From positions 1 to 42,540 of the IMG/VR virus record IMGVR_UViG_3300031953_000040: 42,540 bases of DNA. One strand, given 5' to 3'. Shown in pieces: positions 36,413 to 42,540 of the stretch; within the stretch, counting starts at the first letter, position 1; the number at the start of each line of letters is the position of its first letter. Under the pieces are notes generated by a model. It did no database searches, was not told where the DNA came from, and saw only the letters and a program-made list of their open reading frames with translations. Both the position numbers and the translations under genes were made by a program. The DNA is from a virus (taxonomy: Duplodnaviria; Caudoviricetes).

Positions 36413-36834
36413 TGTTCCGAGATGCGAGCACGAAGGAAAAGGTGACCCTGATCGGGACGGGCGCCGTGGGCGCAGTGTTCGTTCTGGTCGCGGATTCCAA
36501 GCTGGCGGGGATGGTCCTGTACATCGCACTGTCGCTGCTGGCGATCGCGTTCGCTGCGTTGTATTGGACGCGGTCGAATTGGCAGAAGACCGCGCCAGGG
36601 CGTGCGCTGATGTACATCAACCTTCTACTGTCGGCGCTCGGTGTGTGGGTGACATTGTCGATTTGGTTCGGTGATGCGATCCCGTACAAGGATGAAGTGC
36701 GGTCGGTGCTGCTCCTCGGCTTCGTTGTGGTGATGATGAATCTGATCGTGACGCTCTCGCGGGAGCAGAACAAGACGGTGAGTGATTTGCGGGCTGCGAA
36801 GAAGGCGCGCGATTTGTTTGGGTCGGGGGAGTAG
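36409..36834 (+). CDS. Multi-TM membrane protein (holin-like)
   Basis: About 4 hydrophobic segments; WQKTAPGRALM. Confidence 0.65.
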   Translation: MMFRDASTKEKVTLIGTGAVGAVFVLVADSKLAGMVLYIALSLLAIAFAALYWTRSNWQKTAPGRALMYINLLLSALGVWVTLSIWFGDAIPYKDEVRSVLLLGFVVVMMNLIVTLSREQNKTVSDLRAAKKARDLFGSGE

Positions 36835-37830
36835 ATGGAGAAGCTACCTGCGGGTCGACCGTCCGGGCATCCGAACCTGATGAATCCGCTTTCGGGTGGC
36901 CTTATCGGATTCATTGCGTCGCTGATCAACCAGTTAATCGACTCACTGTTCGGTGGCCTCGCCACGGGGTCCGGTAGTAGTTCACTGTTTCCGAATCTTG
37001 GGGCATTGATCGGGGATCTGTTTGGTACGAAGCAGACCGTCAATGATGTTGCTGATGTTCAGATTCCGCGTCTTGATAACCGCATCGACGATGTCTCGTC
37101 GGGTGGTGTGTCGGCGAAGCGTTCGTTCTTCGGCAATGACGGGACGTGGGTGCGGCCGGAGGGTGGTCCGTGGTCACGGCATGTTGTCGATGTGATCGGC
37201 GGCGCTTCGGGTGGTGGCCGAGCCAACGTGAGTAACGACGGCGGCGCTTCGGGTGCGGGCAGTGGCGGGTATGCCGGTGGCTGGAACTCAGCCGAGTTCT
37301 TCGACTCTGACTTGCCTGCGTCGGTCAACGTCGAGATCGGTCCGGGCGGTGCGGGTTCGACCGTCAATGGTGCACTCGGCAGTGCGGGTGGGCAGACCAA
37401 CTTCGGCAACATCATTTCCGGTGGCGGTGCTACCGGCGCCGCCCACGGGTTCGGCGCGAAGACTATTCCCCTGCGCGGCGGTACGGGTGGGTCTGCCTGG
37501 CAACTCGGTCTCCAACTGGTGCAGGTGCCTGCTACCGCAGGTACGGGTCATGCTTACGGCAATGGCGGCATTGCTGGTTCGCCTCCGCAGTCCGGTGTCC
37601 CAGGCGGGAATGGCAACGCGCCGTCGCCGAGCACGATTGCCTATCCCGGTACGGCAGGTGGCGGCGGCGCACGCGAAGGCACAGTCGGCCAACCAGGCGG
37701 CAATGGCGGCAATGGCGGCTACCCCGGCGCACCTGGTGGTGGCGGCGGTGAAAGCGGCCCCGGTGGAAACAATAACGGTTTCGGCGGCAACGCAGCAGCA
37801 GGTGCCTGCTGGGTGACTTCATACAAGTAG
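36835..37830 (+). CDS. Glycine-rich minor tail protein
   Basis: GTWVRP...VDVIGGASGGG and a Gly-rich C-terminal half. Confidence 0.8.
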   Translation: MEKLPAGRPSGHPNLMNPLSGGLIGFIASLINQLIDSLFGGLATGSGSSSLFPNLGALIGDLFGTKQTVNDVADVQIPRLDNRIDDVSSGGVSAKRSFFGNDGTWVRPEGGPWSRHVVDVIGGASGGGRANVSNDGGASGAGSGGYAGGWNSAEFFDSDLPASVNVEIGPGGAGSTVNGALGSAGGQTNFGNIISGGGATGAAHGFGAKTIPLRGGTGGSAWQLGLQLVQVPATAGTGHAYGNGGIAGSPPQSGVPGGNGNAPSPSTIAYPGTAGGGGAREGTVGQPGGNGGNGGYPGAPGGGGGESGPGGNNNGFGGNAAAGACWVTSYK

Positions 37831-37844
37831 AGAGCGAATCGCAC

Positions 37845-38132
37845 ATGCCTACAGCAACACTCACCGAAGAGAACGTGTCGACGATGCAGCCGGTGACGCA
37901 TCTCTACGAACTGTCCGAGCCGTACGAGGAACGCGTTACCCATGTCCTCGTGACCGTCGCAACGAACCCACACAACGCGAACGAAGCTGTGGTTATGGCC
38001 GCGACACCGACCGGCGCGGCCATGCCGGAAGCGTCACAGTTGCGGCTGTGGATTCTGCACCGCGCGGAGAGCCGCACACATGCTGAAGCGCTCGCTGATC
38101 TCGGCTACACACTTTCGGAGGCTGATTCATGA
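37845..38132 (+). CDS. Small tail-associated hypothetical protein
   Basis: HLYELS...HAEALADLGYT; position among tail genes. Confidence 0.6.
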   Translation: MPTATLTEENVSTMQPVTHLYELSEPYEERVTHVLVTVATNPHNANEAVVMAATPTGAAMPEASQLRLWILHRAESRTHAEALADLGYTLSEADS

Positions 38133-40414
38133 CTACGTTGCGTGACAAGCTCATTGACGGTGCGAAAGGTGGCGCAGCGGAAACAATCCGCTTCACCCCC
38201 GACACCGCCCGAACAGCAGGCCTCGACGGCATCGTCGGACCATCACCGGTAGCGGTAGACGTCGATGCCGATACGGGCCTGTTCACGACCACCGATCTTG
38301 TCGCAGGGCGATACACGGTCCGTATCAAGTGGCGTGCCGTCGCGATGGCCGAAACCTACGAGATCGCTGTCCCTGACACTGGTAGCAACATTGCCTTGTG
38401 GCCACTGATCGCCGCGTATGTTTCACTTCCACCTGACACTCCGATGGAACTCCTTGCGAAGTATTTCGCCGACAATCCTGTGGAAGTCGGCGGCATCACC
38501 AAAGCGGAAGCCGACACCGCTTATGCCCCGGTCGCGCTGGCCGACGATGTGGCCGACAAGCTCGGTACCGACGAGGCCGCGAGCCTCTACGCACTCAAGG
38601 GTGATGTCGGTACTTCCGAAGCGTGGATTCCCGAGGTCTCAGCGACAGATATGCACGCCACGAATTCGAAAACCGGCGTCAGGTCACTGATTGCCACCGG
38701 GTCGGGAATCACCAATGCTCGACCGGTCGGTGACAAATATGTGAGCTACGACAAGGACGGGTCGCAACTCTACGCACCTGGCGATGGCTCCCTCGCTCCG
38801 ATGCCCGCAGCAACGACGTTCACGGAGATCGCGGGGTGGGGCAGCTCGACCATGCAGGGTTGGCGTGACCCGCTCAATGTCGCGGTGGCGCGAGCATCAG
38901 GCCTGGCCTACTACAACGGCGGCGTGGGTGGTCAGTCCGCTGGGAACATTCTTTCCCGCATCGGAACCCGCCCCGCACTCATCGACGCAGCGACGATTCC
39001 CGCATCGGGTGGGGTCGACGTGACCTGCTCGAACATGCGCTCGTCGGCTCCGATTATCAGCATCCCCGGAACGCTCGCAGGCATCGCGGGAACGCTGGCG
39101 AAAAATGCGATCGGCACCAATACGTTCACCTTCACCCGCACCGCATCCGGCTCGTCGACACCCGTCCCTGCGGGTACACCATTCCTGCCCGATGCTGGTC
39201 CTGCGCACCGATCCTCGTTGACTCTCATCAATATCGGAAAGAACGATATGGGTGGGAATGGGTACGCCGGGTACCTCCCGATGCCGGAACTGTTGACAGC
39301 GACCGAGCGCGTCATCAAGTACGTAACCGGGGTCGGCAAGCATCTTCTACTGCTCGGGCACTACGTCAATCCGAACACTCCCGAGGTGTCGGACCTGAGG
39401 CGTGATGTGAAGATCGTCAACGACTTCTACGCCACCTACGGCATCCGCTATGTCGACACGTCTGCGTACCTGACCGGCTCGGACATCTGGACGCATACCG
39501 GTGTCACACCGGACTCGACAGACCTCGCCCAGCAGGCTCTCGGTAATCTACCGCCGTCGCTGTCATCGGACGGCACGCACATGACGTCGGCTGCGAGTAC
39601 AGCGTTCATCGAGAACGTGGTGATCCCGAAGCTCAATGCGCTCGGGTGGACGTCCATTCCGGCTACCGCACCGCCTGCCCCGTCGATACCTTCCGACTTC
39701 CTGTTTGACCTCAGTGCCGACTATCTCACCGCGGGTACGGCGGATGGCGCGGCTGTGACCTCGATGACGGCCCAGTCCGGCACTGCTCCGATCACGCTGG
39801 ATCAGAAGCCGACTGCAGGTACGTACCCGACGCTCAAACAGGCGGGGCCGAACGGTCACGCATCGCTGGTGTTCCCGAATACCGATTCGTGGATCTCGAC
39901 AACCACAGACCCCGGCACGGCACCACTTGTCGTGGCAGAGGGCGCTGCGCGCACGCTCATCACAGTGATGAAAGTGCGCGATGTGGGCGTCAACGCAGGC
40001 AACTACCCGAAGATCGTGTCCCCGTCGCTGACTCCCTCACCCAGTTCGTATCAGTACCTGTCGGCGAACCTCACCGGCACGCCACGTCTGGTGGCGTCTG
40101 CGAATGGCGGATCTTCGGTCAACCTCAACGGCACGGAGAACGTGATCGGCAAATGGGTGGTGGACATTGCCACTACCGACGCGGCAGGCAATGCCACGCA
40201 TGTGACCTCCGGTGCGGCAGAAGTCACAGCGACCGGATACCCGGTCGGCGAGATTCTCGGCCTCCGATGGGGCGCACAGTACGGCAGCGCCCCCGGCGTG
40301 AACGGGCAACTCGACGGCGAGATCGCACGAGGTGTCATCTACGACCGGGTGCTGACTCCAGCCGAGCGCACGAACGCGATGACAGCCCTCAAGACGCTGT
40401 ACGGCATTGCCTAA
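38129..40414 (+). CDS. Tail fibre/receptor-binding protein with SGNH esterase and C-terminal lectin-like domain
   Basis: SGNH blocks WGSST, GVGGQS, IGKND and DGTH; C-terminal GEIARGVIYDRVLTPAER ConA/LamG-like end. Confidence 0.75.
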   Translation: MTTLRDKLIDGAKGGAAETIRFTPDTARTAGLDGIVGPSPVAVDVDADTGLFTTTDLVAGRYTVRIKWRAVAMAETYEIAVPDTGSNIALWPLIAAYVSLPPDTPMELLAKYFADNPVEVGGITKAEADTAYAPVALADDVADKLGTDEAASLYALKGDVGTSEAWIPEVSATDMHATNSKTGVRSLIATGSGITNARPVGDKYVSYDKDGSQLYAPGDGSLAPMPAATTFTEIAGWGSSTMQGWRDPLNVAVARASGLAYYNGGVGGQSAGNILSRIGTRPALIDAATIPASGGVDVTCSNMRSSAPIISIPGTLAGIAGTLAKNAIGTNTFTFTRTASGSSTPVPAGTPFLPDAGPAHRSSLTLINIGKNDMGGNGYAGYLPMPELLTATERVIKYVTGVGKHLLLLGHYVNPNTPEVSDLRRDVKIVNDFYATYGIRYVDTSAYLTGSDIWTHTGVTPDSTDLAQQALGNLPPSLSSDGTHMTSAASTAFIENVVIPKLNALGWTSIPATAPPAPSIPSDFLFDLSADYLTAGTADGAAVTSMTAQSGTAPITLDQKPTAGTYPTLKQAGPNGHASLVFPNTDSWISTTTDPGTAPLVVAEGAARTLITVMKVRDVGVNAGNYPKIVSPSLTPSPSSYQYLSANLTGTPRLVASANGGSSVNLNGTENVIGKWVVDIATTDAAGNATHVTSGAAEVTATGYPVGEILGLRWGAQYGSAPGVNGQLDGEIARGVIYDRVLTPAERTNAMTALKTLYGIA

Positions 40415-41058
40415 CCGGCGATGGCGACCATCGACTTGACCAGGCCAGCCATACGCTCGACCCAGATGCGCGAGCTGGGGTAGTACTCGCGCATCTGGGT
40501 CAGGCCGATCAACTCGACCTCGTTTACCCAGTCAATAGCCTTCTGCCTGTCGGTGGTGTGGCGGTGACCGAACTTCCACAGCATCGTCGCGCGCACTCTG
40601 GCCTCGAACGGAAGAAACTGAATTCCAGGAGCCATCCAATGTGGTTCGATCGGAAAGTACCGATAAGGGGTCTGAACCCAATGGTGGTCGGATGCCTTGT
40701 GGATGACGTCGGCGAGGCGGGCACGTTGTGCATGGCCGCCGACGTGTTCAATCAAGCTGTTGGATACAACCAAGTCGAATGTGGCATTGCGGATGGCATC
40801 GGGAGGGTCGCAGGCATCGCCCTGTATAGCTGTCACCCGCTCGGCACTGTCGAGATCAGCAAGGTTCACGGTCACCACTGAGAGCGGCTGAACCGGGGCG
40901 GATGACCAGTAGTCGGGCGTACCGCCCAGGTCTAGAACATGCATGTCAGCGACTTGTGGGAATGACTCCATGAACTTGGACCAACGGCCCTGACGCGCGC
41001 GGTACGAAAGCGAATTGGAGTTGTTGGGATCGACCACACGGGCACTCAGCTTGTCCAT
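40411..41058 (-). CDS. Class I SAM-dependent methyltransferase (moron)
   Basis: VLDLGGT, QGDAC, FDLVVSNSLIEHVG, VQTPYRYFPIEPH; opposite strand to the tail genes. Confidence 0.85.
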   Translation of the reverse strand: MDKLSARVVDPNNSNSLSYRARQGRWSKFMESFPQVADMHVLDLGGTPDYWSSAPVQPLSVVTVNLADLDSAERVTAIQGDACDPPDAIRNATFDLVVSNSLIEHVGGHAQRARLADVIHKASDHHWVQTPYRYFPIEPHWMAPGIQFLPFEARVRATMLWKFGHRHTTDRQKAIDWVNEVELIGLTQMREYYPSSRIWVERMAGLVKSMVAIAG

Positions 41059-41229
41059 GCGCGCAGGCTACCCCGTAAACGGTCCTGCGAGTCGAGTTTT
41101 CGATGACGGTTGACCCCCACCCCAGACCGGGGCATAACACCAAGAATGTCCGGTAGCTCCTCCCGCGGCATGAAGAAGCGGGCCGCAGCTTCCCTCCGCG
41201 ACCCGCTTCCCACAAACTAACAGAACTCG

Positions 41230-41258
41230 AACGCCTGTGCGAAAGCATGGGCGTTTTT
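41230..41258 (+). terminator. Intrinsic terminator-like hairpin
   Basis: AACGCCTGTGC-GAAA-GCATGGGCGTT followed by TTT. Confidence 0.65.
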
Positions 41259-41374
41259 CTATGCCCGAATGCGGGCCCACAAATCCCCACACAGAACGGG
41301 GGTGACCGCACATGCAGGTCACAATCACCGCCCTACTCGGGGCGGCAACCACCTTCTATCTCAGGAGACTCATC

Positions 41375-41701
41375 ATGGCCTCACAGGCAGAAAACCAGAA
41401 GCGCATCGACGCACTCGGCGAACAGCTCGACGCAGCCGCAGCCACCCAGGCGAAGGCAAAGACCGAGATCCTCGAAGCGATCGAGGACCTCCGCACCCAG
41501 GCCGCCGAAGCGAACCAGGAGTTCGACTTCACGAAGGTCGAGGCAGCAGCCGGAACCCTCACCGAAGGCGCGCAGGAACTCGACGACCTCAACGAAGACA
41601 AGCCCGCCGTCGAGGTACCCCCGGTCGTCGAGCCCGAGACCCCGACGCAGGCCGATCCGCTCGTCCCCGGTGCCAGCGCAGGCGACGACACCGCCAACTG
41701 A
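41375..41701 (+). CDS. Acidic coiled-coil protein (alternative start at 41312 adds a hydrophobic leader)
   Basis: AGGAG RBS before 41375; heptad pattern. Confidence 0.7.
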   Translation: MASQAENQKRIDALGEQLDAAAATQAKAKTEILEAIEDLRTQAAEANQEFDFTKVEAAAGTLTEGAQELDDLNEDKPAVEVPPVVEPETPTQADPLVPGASAGDDTAN

Positions 41702-41712
41702 CCCCCCCGCAC

Positions 41713-41753
41713 AAAAAGCCCCCACCTTCCATCACGGAGGGTGGGGGCTATTT
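41713..41753. terminator. Bidirectional terminator
   Basis: AAAAAGCCCCCACCTTCC-ATCAC-GGAGGGTGGGGGCTATTT between convergent genes. Confidence 0.8.
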
Positions 41754-41759
41754 GTCGTT

Positions 41760-42299
41760 CTAGACCAGTGCCGCTTCCCGCCACCGTCGGACAGTGCGGT
41801 CCGACACCCCGAACTCATCCGCAATCCGCTTCGCCGGGACACCCTCCGCGAGCATCTGCAACGCGGCCTCACGCGGCGGCAGCTCGGACATCACTTCCAG
41901 CACCTGGACAGCCGCGGACGCCGGGGCCGGGACTGTCCGCAACAGCTGGACAGACAGATGCGTCACAGCCACCAACGCGAGCGGCGGCACCAGCGACACA
42001 CCGACCGCGATCCACGACCCGGTGATCATCCATGCGTGCACACCGTTCCCCGCCATCGACGCCGACGCCCCACATGCCAGCAGCGCCCACGAGTACCGCT
42101 TGTCGGATGCTGCGATGACGCCGACGGTCGCGGCGAGTATCACGCCGTCGACGATCAGCGGCCACGCCCACGACACACCGACAGCCGACCGTCGCGCGAG
42201 GTCCCACAGTGCGACGTACGACACCATGAACGACAACGTTCCGATCGCCACGTTCATCGTCAATGACACCCACGCCGCGAACCCGATATGGTTTTTCAT
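41760..42299 (-). CDS. DUF2637-like membrane protein with C-terminal HTH
   Basis: SYVALWDLA...WPLIVDG...SMAGNGVHA...PPLAL; 4 TMs; IADEFGVSDRTVRRW. Confidence 0.75.
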   Translation of the reverse strand: MKNHIGFAAWVSLTMNVAIGTLSFMVSYVALWDLARRSAVGVSWAWPLIVDGVILAATVGVIAASDKRYSWALLACGASASMAGNGVHAWMITGSWIAVGVSLVPPLALVAVTHLSVQLLRTVPAPASAAVQVLEVMSELPPREAALQMLAEGVPAKRIADEFGVSDRTVRRWREAALV

Positions 42300-42353
42300 G
42301 AGATTCCTTCCGATTTGATTCGCATGATTGTTCGAGTAGGTCGCATCCCTGCC

Positions 42354-42373
42354 GGACGTTTACTGGACGTTTT
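42354..42373 (+). promoter_or_regulatory. Putative integrase arm-type binding sites (P arm)
   Basis: GGACGTTTACTGGACGTTTT, 11-bp tandem; matches 187-206. Confidence 0.6.
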
Positions 42374-42413
42374 GGTCAGGAATAGACCGGATTAGCCGTG
42401 ATCACGAGCAGTA

Positions 42414-42540
42414 CCGCGTGAAGGCGCCGAGGGCAGGTCAGCCCAGCAATCAGGGCGAATCAGTACCACCAAATACCGACAACCAGCAGAAGCCCTGGTG
42501 ATACAGCGGAGGACCCGGGTTCGATTCCCGGCAGCTCCAC
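42414..42540 (+). repeat. Terminal direct repeat, right copy (includes the ssrA 3' fragment at 42488-42540)
   Basis: Identical to 1-127. Confidence 0.9.

Larger units (their letters stand above)
1..42540. mobile_element. Complete temperate actinobacteriophage (siphovirus) genome, circularised at attP; unique length 42,413 bp
   Basis: Integrase, repressor/cro, replication, terminase-portal-capsid-tail-TMP and lysis modules are all present; the terminal 127 bp are identical. Confidence 0.95.

Noticed and set aside
15500-37500. Alternating A/C-rich and G/T-rich stretches as foreign insertions
   Set aside because: The shifts occur within intact genes and could not be quantified by eye; no boundaries are supportable

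Overview
Essentially complete ~42.4 kb temperate siphovirus genome from a high-GC actinobacterial host. WhiB, DUF2510, a split lysin A and the tmRNA-type att core suggest a Rhodococcus/Gordonia/Nocardia-like host, but this is inferred. The first and last 127 bases are identical, most likely a circular-assembly overlap. The join carries attP: the 3' end of tmRNA (ssrA) flanked by paired integrase arm-type repeats. Gene order: leftward integration/immunity cassette (tyrosine integrase, DUF2510 membrane protein, ImmA/IrrE-like protease, XRE repressor); rightward early genes (cro, YqaJ exonuclease, HNH, DnaQ-like, xis-like, WhiB, replication pair); a second operator-overlapped promoter ahead of an accessory cluster (AAWD-repeat protein, DNA MTase, LysB-like hydrolase, RusA-like); packaging/head genes; tail genes interrupted by the lysis cassette; right-end morons (SAM methyltransferase, DUF2637-like). 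Top observation: the MuF-type minor capsid protein carries two tandem C-terminal enzyme domains, a GNAT acetyltransferase-like and an R-S-E ADP-ribosyltransferase, followed by a coupled candidate immunity gene. Other notable items are a duplicated tail chaperone, GCAU-loop hairpins before the scaffold gene, structured intergenic RNAs and a displaced LysB-like gene. All family calls are from motifs read by eye; no searches were run.
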